Shown here one piece after another: positions 1 through 10,371 of a DNA stretch of 64,000 nt. Source of the DNA: Thermoplasmatota archaeon. GTDB taxonomy: Archaea; Thermoplasmatota; E2; DHVEG-1. Made by a program: the position numbers and the translations under genes. Position 1 is the stretch's first letter; the number at the start of each line of letters is the position of its first letter. The stretch covers positions 558 to 64,557 of the forward strand of contig JAWOGM010000054.1 of NCBI GenBank assembly GCA_046496795.1. The letters run 5' to 3'. Under the pieces are notes generated by a model, which saw only the letters and a program-made list of their open reading frames with translations, made no database searches and was not told the origin of the DNA.

Positions 1-1
1 T

Positions 2-2605
2 ACAAATAACGATGAGAAGACGTTTCCAAATCCCGGGGATTGGCAGGGAATCTATATAGAAGAAGATGGCTCAGTATTTGAGAACTGCAGTTTTTATTAT
101 TGTGGTCCCAATCAAGCAATCGAGATATGGGATTCATCCGTAAAGATACATAAATCACTATTTGCACATAATCACGGTGCCGCTTTAAATGCAAGAAAGG
201 CTACACAAAGAACCATAATTTCTAATACTACTTTTTATGAAAACGAGAAACCACTTTCCATCAATACCGCATTTGACATTGACGATTCTAATCGTTTTCA
301 TAATCCTCAAAATCCTTCACAGAATAACACCTATAACGGTATTTTTTTAGAATACACTTCAAGCTTTAAAAATAATGTGACCTGGTTAGAAACTGAGGTG
401 CCTTTTGTCATTGATCATAATGATCTTTGGATTGAGGAGGATGCATCTTTAACTCTTGGTGATACTGTTATCCTCAAGTTTATTCCTGGAAGTAAAATCA
501 CTCATTATCATAATATCATAAATCATGATGGAGCAGGAGTTATATTCACCTCCTACCTTGATGACATATATGGTGGTGACACCAACAATGATGGTTCAGC
601 TACCATTCCAACACAAGGAGAATGGAGATTCTACAATCTTGAAGAGCAGGCTGTTTGGTCTAATGTATATTATGCTGGTGATAAAAAACCTGAGGCATCT
701 GGACCAGATGAGTATCTGATGCCGGTAATTGCTTTCTGGTCTGACCCGCCTCTTATTTCACAAGGTGAATCTGCTACGCTTCATTGGAACGTGTTTTTTT
801 CTAATGATATCCTGTTAAATAACGAGAAGGTATCATCAGAAGGTCAAATGACCGTCTCCCCTTCCACGAGTGTTATTTATGATCTAACTGCAAGCAGTGG
901 TGATATCACTGTTAACAGTAATGCAATTGTTCTTGTTCAAGAAAACGATACCTATATTCAATTACCATATCATCCGGGGATTGTTCAACCTCAACCAGTT
1001 AGTGGACATATAATATCAGGTCTTTCAGCACAACAAATGGCAAGTGCAGAAGATCCTTTGTATGTAAGAATTACTCTTGATTCCCTTTATTGTAAAGCTG
1101 AATCAGTGTGGGATCATTTCACAGATTCTGATGAGAATTATATGCTGGTTACAGGGTTCGCCAGTCACCTTACTCCTAACGCATGGTCAACAGGCACTCC
1201 TCATTTGTTTGATGATATTGATAGTGGTGAAAACCGTCGGTTCAGGGCTTCACAGCGATTGGTTTATGAGGGAGAAATAATACCTGATGAAGTTATTGGA
1301 TTTAATGTTGTTCTTTTTGAGCAGGACGGATGGGATGATGCCATTCATCAGGATATGTCAGACTGGTTAACATCGGAGATTAGTATTGGTGTTGGAGCAG
1401 CAGTGGGCGCAGGGATTGGAACAGCGGTAATACCTCTTATCGGAACAGCAGTGGGAGCGGCAGTGGGAGCTTTTCTGCAGTGGACATTTGGGTATTTAAT
1501 AAATGTTATCGCTGGGGGAGGTGATGATTTTGTCGCTGAAGAAACGGTCATACTCAGCTATGACTATTTGTATCAGTGCGCTCAAGAAGACGTGCATAAA
1601 GCAATGATACTTAACCTCGATGGAGGTGATGAAGGAAGATTTGAATTACGCTGGCATATAGAATTTGATAGAGATGCAAGCAGTGCTTTTGCCCACAGGT
1701 TTACCAATTGGGATGAACTCGTCGCGGGAGACTTGATTGGAGATTCAAAAGATGAAATAGTGATTGTTATTGATGAGGATGCATCTGGAAATAATGGCAG
1801 GTTCTATATTCTTGATGAACGTGGGACCCCTCTCAGTGTTTTTGATGGTTTCTACACTCATAATGACCGTGTAGCAATTGGGGATATTTGTTTGGATTCA
1901 TCAAATGAAATTATTGTAAGCTCTACTAAGGATGGTGGAAGATTTTATGTCTATAACAGTGATGGTGAAGAACTTATTTATCTACCATCTGAAAAATATC
2001 GATTTACTAAATATGATGGCTTTGCTGTAGGAATGGTGCTCATTGGCGAAACTAAGGAACAAATAATAGTTGCAAATGATGGAGAGAACAAGATTTATCT
2101 GTTCAATAACCTCGGAAGAGATTTAGGATCGTTTGAACTTGATTGGAATTTTGATGGATGCCGGTATACCGTGAACCATCCAGATTCAAATAGACATGAT
2201 GTATTCCTGGTGGGTGATGTTATGGGCGATTCCCGTGAAGAAATAGTGATGATTGATTGCCATAATGAAGAAAGCGTTGTTTATGTGTATAATTCATATG
2301 GGCATTATGGGCATAAGTTACAAAAAACTTTTAACGTATATCTGAGTAGATATGATGGAGCCATCCTTGCAGATGTATCAGGAGATAGCAAAAAGGAACT
2401 TGTTATCGGTACTGATGGCGGTGATGGATCCAAAGCATATGCTTTACGTATTTATGACATTGAACGTGGTGAACAGATAAGTACTCGCCACTGGCCATGG
2501 TTTACTAAATACGATGGTTTTGCATCTGGAAAGGTTTTTGGACCGGGAAAAGATTGTTTTATAGTAGCTACCGATCAGGATAACATAGTATATATTGGAA
2601 AATAA
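2..2605 (+). CDS. Large secreted/surface protein, 5'-truncated at the window edge. The N-part has right-handed beta-helix-like repeats and the rest carries FG-GAP/VCBS-like repeats plus a Gly-zipper segment.
   Basis: Frame 2 is open from nt 2 with no stop; the tracked ORF 377..2605 is only the GTG-start sub-ORF. Repeated motifs '(G)D(L/I/V)xGDSxxEIV(I/M)' look like FG-GAP/VCBS repeats. 'GVGAAVGAGIGTAVIPLIGTAVGAAVGAF' is a glycine-zipper segment. N-terminal NxS/T-rich repeats are beta-helix-like. Confidence 0.5.
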   Translation, partial: TNNDEKTFPNPGDWQGIYIEEDGSVFENCSFYYCGPNQAIEIWDSSVKIHKSLFAHNHGAALNARKATQRTIISNTTFYENEKPLSINTAFDIDDSNRFHNPQNPSQNNTYNGIFLEYTSSFKNNVTWLETEVPFVIDHNDLWIEEDASLTLGDTVILKFIPGSKITHYHNIINHDGAGVIFTSYLDDIYGGDTNNDGSATIPTQGEWRFYNLEEQAVWSNVYYAGDKKPEASGPDEYLMPVIAFWSDPPLISQGESATLHWNVFFSNDILLNNEKVSSEGQMTVSPSTSVIYDLTASSGDITVNSNAIVLVQENDTYIQLPYHPGIVQPQPVSGHIISGLSAQQMASAEDPLYVRITLDSLYCKAESVWDHFTDSDENYMLVTGFASHLTPNAWSTGTPHLFDDIDSGENRRFRASQRLVYEGEIIPDEVIGFNVVLFEQDGWDDAIHQDMSDWLTSEISIGVGAAVGAGIGTAVIPLIGTAVGAAVGAFLQWTFGYLINVIAGGGDDFVAEETVILSYDYLYQCAQEDVHKAMILNLDGGDEGRFELRWHIEFDRDASSAFAHRFTNWDELVAGDLIGDSKDEIVIVIDEDASGNNGRFYILDERGTPLSVFDGFYTHNDRVAIGDICLDSSNEIIVSSTKDGGRFYVYNSDGEELIYLPSEKYRFTKYDGFAVGMVLIGETKEQIIVANDGENKIYLFNNLGRDLGSFELDWNFDGCRYTVNHPDSNRHDVFLVGDVMGDSREEIVMIDCHNEESVVYVYNSYGHYGHKLQKTFNVYLSRYDGAILADVSGDSKKELVIGTDGGDGSKAYALRIYDIERGEQISTRHWPWFTKYDGFASGKVFGPGKDCFIVATDQDNIVYIGK

Positions 2606-2815
2606 TTTTATACATGCCATTCGCATGCAGAGAAGTAATCAGAATAGAGAGAGAATTCAAAAAAAACTTTAAATGGAACTCCAACTCAAAGAAAAAATAT
2701 AAAGAGATGCCCCTCAGATTTCCTAAACAATCTCTTTTCATATTTTTAACATAATAGAAAATAGGATACTTACCATAAGCTAATCTAATAAATAATAAAA
2801 TTATTTGGTACCACA

Positions 2816-4177
2816 ATGTCTAAATTTAAAACCTCTCTTTTTATATTTAGAAGAGACCTTCGTTTACACGATAATACAGCGCTACTGCATGCTTTAAAAC
2901 AATCAGAAAAAGTAATACCTCTTTTTATTATTGATGATCTACAGCAAAACCATCCTTACTTTAGTAGTAATGCTTTTGAATTCATGATTAACTCACTAAA
3001 AGAGTTAAAAAAACAAATTCAAAAAAAAGGATCAGGTCTCCTGATAATAAAAGGAGAAGTACTTGGCGTTCTTAACAATTTAAAAAAGGATACCAGTTAT
3101 GAATCAATACATGTAAATCAAGATTATACGCCCTTTAGTAAAAAAAGAGATGCATCAATAGCCCAGTTTTGTCAGCAGAAAAAAATATCATTTTATACTC
3201 ATCATGATTGCCTATTAAACACTCCCGGTGAAATACTAAATAATCAGCAAAAAATGTTTAAAATTTTTAAATCTTTTAAGCAACAAGCAATGAAAAAACA
3301 GGTTGAAAAACCAAAAGAAAATAGCTTTGATAACTATGCTGATCCTAAAATAAATCAACTATCCCTAGATTCATTAATCAAAGAAAAGAATCCTCATTTA
3401 TTCTTAAAAGGTGGGAGTTCTGAGGCAGTATCACTTTTAAAACTATTCAAAAACAAAGATAACTACACCGCCCGTAAAGATTTCATGTATAGTAATGCCA
3501 CATCAAAATTATCCGCCCATTTAAAATTTGGAACAATATCAATCAGAGAGGTATATCAGTATATAAAAAACAATTTTTCAATTGACCATGAGTTTATTTC
3601 TCAATTGTATTGGAGAGATTTTTTTCACCATATAGCAGATAGTTATCCTGATGTTTTTGGAAATGCAGGTAATAAAAAATTAAATAAAATAAAATGGTGG
3701 GGATCAAAACAAGAATTTAAAGCATGGAAAAAAGGAGAAACTGGTTATCCGCTAGTAGATGCAGGCATGAGACAATTACAAAAAACCGGATGGATGCATG
3801 GACGAGTAAGAATGATAACAGCATGTTTTCTTGTAAAAAACCTAGGTATTGACTGGCGTTTGGGAGAACAATATTTTGCCCAGAATCTCATTGACTATGA
3901 TCCTTGTGTCAACAATGGCAATTGGCAATGGGTTGCATCAACTGGGCATGTTGCGCAGCCTTATTTTAGAATATTTAATCCCTTCTTACAACAACAAAAA
4001 TATGATCCAGAATGCTTGTATATAAAAGAGTGGGTTGATGAATTAAAACAATATGATAAAAAAAGAATACATACCATTTTATCAAATCCTATATCTGGAT
4101 ATAATAAACCGATAATTGATTATAAAAAATCTATTAAAAAATCCAATAAAGCGTATAAAAACGCATTTCATGCTTAA
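2816..4177 (+). CDS. phr: Deoxyribodipyrimidine photolyase / cryptochrome family protein
   Basis: N-terminal 'FIFRRDLRLHDNTAL' photolyase alpha/beta domain. C-terminal FAD-binding motifs 'WRDFF' and 'TGYPLVDAGMRQLxxTGWMHGRVRM'. Length 453 aa. Confidence 0.8.
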   Translation: MSKFKTSLFIFRRDLRLHDNTALLHALKQSEKVIPLFIIDDLQQNHPYFSSNAFEFMINSLKELKKQIQKKGSGLLIIKGEVLGVLNNLKKDTSYESIHVNQDYTPFSKKRDASIAQFCQQKKISFYTHHDCLLNTPGEILNNQQKMFKIFKSFKQQAMKKQVEKPKENSFDNYADPKINQLSLDSLIKEKNPHLFLKGGSSEAVSLLKLFKNKDNYTARKDFMYSNATSKLSAHLKFGTISIREVYQYIKNNFSIDHEFISQLYWRDFFHHIADSYPDVFGNAGNKKLNKIKWWGSKQEFKAWKKGETGYPLVDAGMRQLQKTGWMHGRVRMITACFLVKNLGIDWRLGEQYFAQNLIDYDPCVNNGNWQWVASTGHVAQPYFRIFNPFLQQQKYDPECLYIKEWVDELKQYDKKRIHTILSNPISGYNKPIIDYKKSIKKSNKAYKNAFHA

Positions 4178-4264
4178 AGAAAAAGATAGTATTGCTAGAT
4201 TATTGATTTTTATTCATCCTTTTTAATGTACATACAAAAAGAAGTAGATTTTATATGAAAAAAA

Positions 4265-4336
4265 TGCGGATACCGGGATTCGAACCCGAGCAAATGGCTT
4301 GGGAAGCCACTATCATAACCACTAGATCATATCCGC
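4265..4336 (-). tRNA. tRNA-Gly (anticodon CCC)
   Basis: Manual cloverleaf: acceptor GCGGAUA/UAUCCGC, D stem AUC/GAU, anticodon stem GUGGC/GCCAU with loop UUCCCAA, T arm UCGGG-UUCGAAU-CCCGG, discriminator A. Confidence 0.85.
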
Positions 4337-4529
4337 TTTGTTGACATAAATAATATTCATAATCATTATTTTCTTTTAATTTCTATGAAATAGTTAAAAC
4401 ACATTTTACTTTTTCTATCTTTCATTGATCTTTTATTACAACAAATATAGTTATAAATCAATTGTACTAACAATTTAGGCAGGAAAAAACTTTTCTAGTT
4501 GTAATTGGATATACTCTTAGACAAGAGAG

Positions 4530-4883
4530 ATGGGATGCCTGATGAACAAAGAAATTTCAATAAAGATAGATTATAAATTATTTGAGAAGTTAAATAATAA
4601 TGAACTTAGTAGTAAAGATATTGTAAGCAAAGCACTACATCAATTTTTTGAAAATGAAAAGCAAGATAAGGAAATTGTGACAACCTTAACGCAAAATGTA
4701 AAAGAATTAGAGAAACAAAAAGAATTATTAGAAATAGATTATGCCTGCCTCAGAGGTGAAAATAAAATAATGCAGACGAGAATAGACGATCTGGCTCGAT
4801 TATACCCCTCTGCTGTTACATTACTTGGAAAAACATCTGAATTTCAATCAAGTAAAAGAAAGATGAAGTTTTTCAAAAAATAA
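4530..4883 (+). CDS. Small coiled-coil protein with a possible N-terminal ribbon-helix-helix
   Basis: 'KEISIKIDYKLFEKL...SKDIVSKALHQFF' has a beta-strand/helix RHH-like pattern, followed by heptad-like E/K-rich sequence. No recognisable family. Confidence 0.3.
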   Translation: MGCLMNKEISIKIDYKLFEKLNNNELSSKDIVSKALHQFFENEKQDKEIVTTLTQNVKELEKQKELLEIDYACLRGENKIMQTRIDDLARLYPSAVTLLGKTSEFQSSKRKMKFFKK

Positions 4884-4987
4884 TAATATTTTGCTTTAAA
4901 TAAAAAATATTTATGTTTTGAGTTAATTTATTAAAGAAAAAAAGAATAATTGAATTAGACCTTTTGATTTAATTCAACTTTTCCTTA

Positions 4988-6022
4988 TTATTTGTTTTTC
5001 TGTGCTTTTTGTTGAGCGTTCTGCTGTTTTAATTGTTGGGATTTATTTTCTTCTTGTGTTCTGGCAGCTATTAGGCAGCCTCTGGATACTGAAAGGAGAG
5101 GATCCTTGACATGCTTTATTTTGGATAGTTCTACCTTTAGTTTTGCTTCTCTTAATTTTTTCTCAAATAATTCAAAGAATCCATCTGGCTGCGCGCTTCC
5201 TCCTGCAATTGCAACGGGAAATGCTACTTTTGGCGGAGTTATTTCTGAAAGCTTTCGATCTAAATTTTTAATTACATATGTCATTAACGCATCGTAATAA
5301 ACAGTTAGTGCACCTTCAATACTGCCCATCTTAACTTCTTTGTTTAATTTAGAAATTTTTTCTTTTGAGTGGGTAATATGTTCTTTGGGCAAGCCAGTTG
5401 CTTTAGCAACTTGTTGGTCAATCCAATCTCCACCTCTGGATATACTAAACGACATTAGAGGTGTGGCCAGATATGCAAGTGTAACATTAGTTAGACCCGC
5501 ACCTACGCTAATTCCTATTCCTGTAAAATCGTAATCTGCTAGCTCTGAGTAAATCACAGCCAAACCCTCGTCAATTACATGCGTTTCATATTTCAATCCC
5601 TTGAGTAATGCTTCCATGGTTTTTTTATGATATAAAACATTCATGTCTGCATCGATTGGATCTGCTGGTGTTGAAATGTATAATACCTCGTTTTGAATAA
5701 TTGGCTGTCCTAAAACTCTTTCAATTATTAATTTCATAATAGGTATTGCTTCTTTCTCTTTAGGACTTATTATACCCTGCGTCATTGGTCTTCGTGCATC
5801 TTTCTCAAAAATAGTAGCGAATTTAAACGCGTCTTCCCCTATAAGAGAGATGCCTTTCTCATTTTCTATATAGAGTACTTTTGAGGTATCTAACATATTC
5901 TTTGTAAGATCGGTGGAGTCAAGCTCCATAAAAGCGTTTCTCTGCTGCGTAAAAACTATATCGTCTCGATCTTTTCGAGCGCATATAATATTCATGGTCC
6001 CAATATCAAGACCTTTTGCCAT
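4988..6022 (-). CDS. Actin-like ATPase (MreB/ParM/Ta0583 superfamily) with a Q/K-rich C-terminal tail
   Basis: The N-terminal phosphate-1 motif 'GLDIGTMNIICA' and later 'GIGISVGAGLTNVTLA' (phosphate-2-like) fit the actin/Hsp70 fold. Length 344 aa. Confidence 0.5.
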   Translation of the reverse strand: MAKGLDIGTMNIICARKDRDDIVFTQQRNAFMELDSTDLTKNMLDTSKVLYIENEKGISLIGEDAFKFATIFEKDARRPMTQGIISPKEKEAIPIMKLIIERVLGQPIIQNEVLYISTPADPIDADMNVLYHKKTMEALLKGLKYETHVIDEGLAVIYSELADYDFTGIGISVGAGLTNVTLAYLATPLMSFSISRGGDWIDQQVAKATGLPKEHITHSKEKISKLNKEVKMGSIEGALTVYYDALMTYVIKNLDRKLSEITPPKVAFPVAIAGGSAQPDGFFELFEKKLREAKLKVELSKIKHVKDPLLSVSRGCLIAARTQEENKSQQLKQQNAQQKAQKNK

Positions 6023-6106
6023 TTCTACATCACCATCCTTTTAAATTTTTACAAAGCTAAGAGCGATAATTACTTTAAAAAGATTTCGGGAAAACATCTT
6101 CTATTT

Positions 6107-6976
6107 TTAGTGATTTTTTTGCTTAAATCTTTTAAAAAACCCTTTCTTTTGATTTTCTTTTGAAATAGTTTTGGCTAATTGCAATGAAGCTTTCTCAATA
6201 CCAAATGAACCAAATTTCTCAGTTGCAGCTGGCCCTAGTGCATGTGATAAGCTTAAAACTTCATGCATATCATCCTTGACCCGAATTTCAACTCCAGCAG
6301 ATTTAGGGACCGTTTTTCCAACTATTATATCCTTTGGAAGTTCTTCTAATTCAAATTGCAATTCGTTTACAGCAGATTCAATACTTTTTTGAGTTGCTTC
6401 TTCTATATCCCGCTGGATTTCCTCGTCTGTGTATAAATGAGATTTTTCTTTCAATGTTGTTTGGTAAACAGACTTATTTCCAATTATCCACACTATAACG
6501 CTAGCAAATGCATTTCCCAGCAATAACAGAAAACCAAGAACGTAAAGTCCATAAATATAACTAACAAGTGGATAATAAAAATTATTAAGATAATTTGTGT
6601 AAAATAAATAAATAGCTAATGAGGAAAAGAAAATACTAGCAATAATAATTGCATAATCCTTTTTAGTTTGTCTAATCATCAGATTTATTCCTACTAATAG
6701 AAGGATAATTCCGATAGATATCGAAAGGATAGTATGGAATATTTGCATTGCTTCAGATCCATAATGTAATTGATAAAACATAACAAGAGAAGAACCTAAA
6801 ATAATGAGTACTATGCCGGCTGCAAACACTGCTGATCCTAAATAATAGATTGATGCCCCTCGACTGGATAATTTATCAGAATCATTAAACTCAGCATTTA
6901 CAGAATCGTTTTGCATCACACCATCCATTAAGTAAATGCGAATTCTTATATAAAAGGATTTGTAGTTGTGATACAT
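6107..6976 (-). CDS. Membrane protein with a multi-TM N-terminus and a charged/coiled C-terminal cytoplasmic domain
   Basis: Several hydrophobic helices span residues ~40-170, followed by an E/K-rich region. It sits immediately upstream of, and co-directional with, the actin-like gene. Confidence 0.4.
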   Translation of the reverse strand: MYHNYKSFYIRIRIYLMDGVMQNDSVNAEFNDSDKLSSRGASIYYLGSAVFAAGIVLIILGSSLVMFYQLHYGSEAMQIFHTILSISIGIILLLVGINLMIRQTKKDYAIIIASIFFSSLAIYLFYTNYLNNFYYPLVSYIYGLYVLGFLLLLGNAFASVIVWIIGNKSVYQTTLKEKSHLYTDEEIQRDIEEATQKSIESAVNELQFELEELPKDIIVGKTVPKSAGVEIRVKDDMHEVLSLSHALGPAATEKFGSFGIEKASLQLAKTISKENQKKGFFKRFKQKNH

Positions 6977-7144
6977 CTTATATACGCTTTTTTATGCCGA
7001 ATTGTGTTTTACGTTTTTTAATTAATTTATCTTTTCATGGAAAACATGTATTGTGTATAGACAATTTTTCTAAAAGTGGTTTGTGCCTCTCTTTTAACTT
7101 TTCCAATCCATTAAGTAGTCTATTTTTTTCAAATTATTAACTAC

Positions 7145-7675
7145 TTATTTGCTTTCTTTATGTTTGTTTTTCCCTTCAAATGATTCTTCAATCTCTTTTC
7201 CTATATCTTCAAATTTTTTGATTTCATCTTCATGCATAATGCCCCACCGAGCCCAGATAGTACCAAGACAACCACCTATGAATAAAATAACTACAAGCAC
7301 TACAGCAATATTTTGCCATACCGTAAAAGGAAGGGCATAAAACCAAAACCATACAATTAAAAAGATAAGCCCAAAAAACGGTAGTAATATCGATACTGCA
7401 ATACGCCATTTAAAACCTTTAATACGAAGCATCTCCCAACCCTCTTGGGGAATCTTTTTTAAACTCCATACAGCCCACATACCCCCAACTATCAAAAATA
7501 AAAGCAAAGTTGACAACAACAGAATAGCTAAATTTTGCTCCCAGACATAATTAGATGCAAAAAAAGCGAGCCAAAGAATAATAAAAATAAGCCAACCAAC
7601 ACCGGTAATAATTGAAACTGTTGGTTTGTATCCTAAATCTTCAGTTTTACATTCATTCATAAATATCTTCTCCAT
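7145..7675 (-). CDS. Small multi-pass membrane protein with a Trp-rich TM region
   Basis: Hydrophobic segments and an acidic C-terminus. Same strand as the two downstream genes. Confidence 0.4.
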   Translation of the reverse strand: MEKIFMNECKTEDLGYKPTVSIITGVGWLIFIILWLAFFASNYVWEQNLAILLLSTLLLFLIVGGMWAVWSLKKIPQEGWEMLRIKGFKWRIAVSILLPFFGLIFLIVWFWFYALPFTVWQNIAVVLVVILFIGGCLGTIWARWGIMHEDEIKKFEDIGKEIEESFEGKNKHKESK

Positions 7676-7953
7676 CTACAATTATACGAGTATAGTTTCA
7701 TTATGTATGCCAAGTTAGGAATAAAAAATTAACTCTTTGTCTAACAAATTTATTTTATAAAAACCAATATCCTCTTAGATTTTTATCTCTAATTGATGTT
7801 ATCAATTAATCTAAATATTTTCTTTTAGGCATCGCTGAAACCCATTAAAAAAAAGAAACAATTATCTTACTAATAATCTAAAATTTCATTACTTATTCAA
7901 CTAGCAACATAATAACTATTTGGACCTAACAACAATATCGACAACATCTGATA

Positions 7954-8781
7954 CTATACATCCAATATTACAGAGACTTTATTTTTTAAATTAGATATAA
8001 TTTCATCTGATCTTTTTGGCGTTAAAGAAAGCCGTCTCATCGGTTTTAATAATTCAGCAATCCTTTGTGTCGATACCTCCCAAGAATGTACTTGCTTTGA
8101 AACCTGCAACGCTTTCCCATATTGTGCTGGATCATACATCATAATATGCCCTGGCTCAATAGCCAAAACGACATCAAAATGATGCAACCCATTCCAGGGC
8201 AAAAGGGCTTGATCGGCATAACTTTCGATTACAATAAAATCAAATTTTTTCTCTATTGCTTGATACGTATTTACCAAGGCTTTGTGATAATATTTCTGCG
8301 TTAGTTTATTTAAGGATTCTATATCAGAAATAGGCTGCGTAATATATGATTTTTCTACGATTTTTTTGAAATATCTTTTGTTGAGTTGTTGTCTATTGTG
8401 TTGATTTATCACCACAAGTTGTTCATTGTGCGATCCGCTCTGTAGGTTAATTCGATCCAAAATAAAATTAGGGAGATGAGTAATAGGATCAATGATCGAC
8501 GGTTCATTCCAGATGCGATGAATTGGATTTAATGATTCCTCACCAATGTTTATATCAGACTCTTTTTTTAAGAATTGCACATCTTTACTATAGATACGTC
8601 CTTGTTTTAGTGCTTCACTAATCATATCAAAATCATACCAGATATTATTTCCAGAAAAGGGTTTGAATCCAGAAACATTGAATTCTTCCTCTTTAAGATA
8701 TGAAATAACTGCCCTGGCAAGGGAAGTTTTTCCTGAATTTTTATTTTTTAATCCAATGATAAGTATATTTTGTGCCATCAT
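7954..8781 (-). CDS. P-loop NTPase of unknown function (DTB-synthetase/CobQ-like Walker A)
   Basis: Walker A 'GLKNKNSGKTSLA' near the N-terminus. No further family-specific motif recognised. Confidence 0.35.
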   Translation of the reverse strand: MMAQNILIIGLKNKNSGKTSLARAVISYLKEEEFNVSGFKPFSGNNIWYDFDMISEALKQGRIYSKDVQFLKKESDINIGEESLNPIHRIWNEPSIIDPITHLPNFILDRINLQSGSHNEQLVVINQHNRQQLNKRYFKKIVEKSYITQPISDIESLNKLTQKYYHKALVNTYQAIEKKFDFIVIESYADQALLPWNGLHHFDVVLAIEPGHIMMYDPAQYGKALQVSKQVHSWEVSTQRIAELLKPMRRLSLTPKRSDEIISNLKNKVSVILDV

Positions 8782-8873
8782 GATATTAATTGCAGTATAT
8801 AATGTAAAAATGTTTTGAAAAAATTATAAGATAACATAATTATATTAATCTTAGTTCAATTATTAAGAAGACT

Positions 8874-10355
8874 GTGAGTAATATGATTACAATAACAGGT
8901 AAAAACATTATTGCAGGAATAAAATCCTCCAAAGGAAACAATAGTTATCACAGCATAAATCCCAAAACATTTGAAAGATCAAAAATAACTTTTACTGATG
9001 CTAATCAACACGAAATCGACAAAGCATTGGAAGAAGCAAAACTTAGTTTTATGAACCTACAATATAAGACAATACCCCTATTTTTGAAAGAGGTCTCCCA
9101 TCAAATTATGCAGTTAGGAGATCAACTCTTAGAGATAGCAAATTGGGAAACAGCCTTAGGACTCAAAAGATTGGAAAATGAACGAATAAGAACGTGTACC
9201 CAAATAGAAAAATTTGCAGAATATATTGAACAAGGAAATCATTGGGATATTTCTATTGATCAACAATCAAATATTAAAAGTATGAACGTACCAATTGGAC
9301 CTATCCTGGTATTCCCTGCTAGTAATTTTCCATTCGCATTTGGAGTATGTGGCGGAGATACGGTTTCAGCCTGGGCAGCGGGGTGCCCAGCCATTGTCAA
9401 GGCACATCCATCCCATCCACAAACCTCTGAATTATTTGCTCATGGCGTTAATAAAGCAATAGAAAAACAACAGATGCCAAAAGGTTTTTTCTCATTGCTA
9501 CACGGGAAAAATCCCAATGTATCAAAAAAGCTGGTCCTTCACCCTAGATTAGAAGCAATCGGGTTTACTGGATCATTTTCCGTTGGAAATTCTCTCTTTC
9601 AATTAGCAACATCCCGTACCAAACCTATACCAGTGTATGCTGAAATGGGTAGCATCAATCCAATGTTTATTGTTAGCTACCAAAATGATACTCCAGAAGA
9701 AATTGCAAATTCGATAACTATTGGATCAGGGCAATTTTGTACAAAACCAGGTGTTATTTTTGTTACTGAAGAAACAATAGACATTATCGGAAAAATCATT
9801 GAAAAAATCAAAAAAATAAAACAAGGAATTTTATTAAATGAAAATATAAAAAAAAGGCTAGCTACATCTGTTTATGAAACAAGACAGATAAAAAATGTCG
9901 AAGTTTTAGTGGGTGGAAATGAGATACCAAATCAGTGTTCATTTGACAATACTCTTTTAATAACAGATGCTAAAACATATTTGAAACACAATATTTTGCA
10001 TCATGAACATTTCGGACCAGTCGCACTATTTGTGAAATGTAAACATATAGAAGAATTTATAGAAATAGCCAAAACCCTTGAGGGGCAACTCACCGCATCG
10101 ATATATACGCAAGATACTGAAATGAATACTGTAAAGCCCTTATTTAAAGAACTTATACATAGAGTTGGAAGAATAATTATCAACGGAGTTCCAACCGGTG
10201 TGAAAGTATGTACAGCCATGACTCATGGAGGGCCATATCCAGCAACAACTGCCCCTCATACAACCTCGGTGGGAATGAAAGCAATTAGGAGATTTCTCCG
10301 CCCCATTTCGTTTCAGAATGTTCCAAGCAAATTATTGCCTGAACCATTGCAATAA
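8874..10355 (+). CDS. NAD(P)+-dependent aldehyde dehydrogenase (KGSADH/2,5-dioxovalerate dehydrogenase-like subfamily)
   Basis: The catalytic Cys region 'GSGQFCTKPGVIF' matches the GQFCTxPG subfamily. The Glu region 'YAEMGSINP' is also present. Length 493 aa. Confidence 0.8.
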   Translation: MSNMITITGKNIIAGIKSSKGNNSYHSINPKTFERSKITFTDANQHEIDKALEEAKLSFMNLQYKTIPLFLKEVSHQIMQLGDQLLEIANWETALGLKRLENERIRTCTQIEKFAEYIEQGNHWDISIDQQSNIKSMNVPIGPILVFPASNFPFAFGVCGGDTVSAWAAGCPAIVKAHPSHPQTSELFAHGVNKAIEKQQMPKGFFSLLHGKNPNVSKKLVLHPRLEAIGFTGSFSVGNSLFQLATSRTKPIPVYAEMGSINPMFIVSYQNDTPEEIANSITIGSGQFCTKPGVIFVTEETIDIIGKIIEKIKKIKQGILLNENIKKRLATSVYETRQIKNVEVLVGGNEIPNQCSFDNTLLITDAKTYLKHNILHHEHFGPVALFVKCKHIEEFIEIAKTLEGQLTASIYTQDTEMNTVKPLFKELIHRVGRIIINGVPTGVKVCTAMTHGGPYPATTAPHTTSVGMKAIRRFLRPISFQNVPSKLLPEPLQ

Positions 10356-10371
10356 AAAAAAAGATTGAAAA

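Noticed and set aside
2606-2640. Hairpin CATGC-CATTC-GCATG right after the first giant ORF, as a terminator
   Set aside because: It is a 5-bp stem only and not followed by an oligo-T tract. Archaeal termination relies on T-runs, so there is no convincing terminator.
4530-4883. Remnant of a second integrated element at tRNA-Gly
   Set aside because: There is no integrase and no repeat of the tRNA-Gly 3' end nearby. The RHH-like/coiled-coil ORF lies on the 5' side of the tRNA, which is the wrong side for a 3'-end integration.
5106-5534. Small plus-strand ORFs (63-64 aa) inside the actin-like gene, and similar antisense ORFs throughout the track
   Set aside because: They lie antisense within well-supported CDSs and have no motifs or RBS. 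They are typical shadow ORFs.
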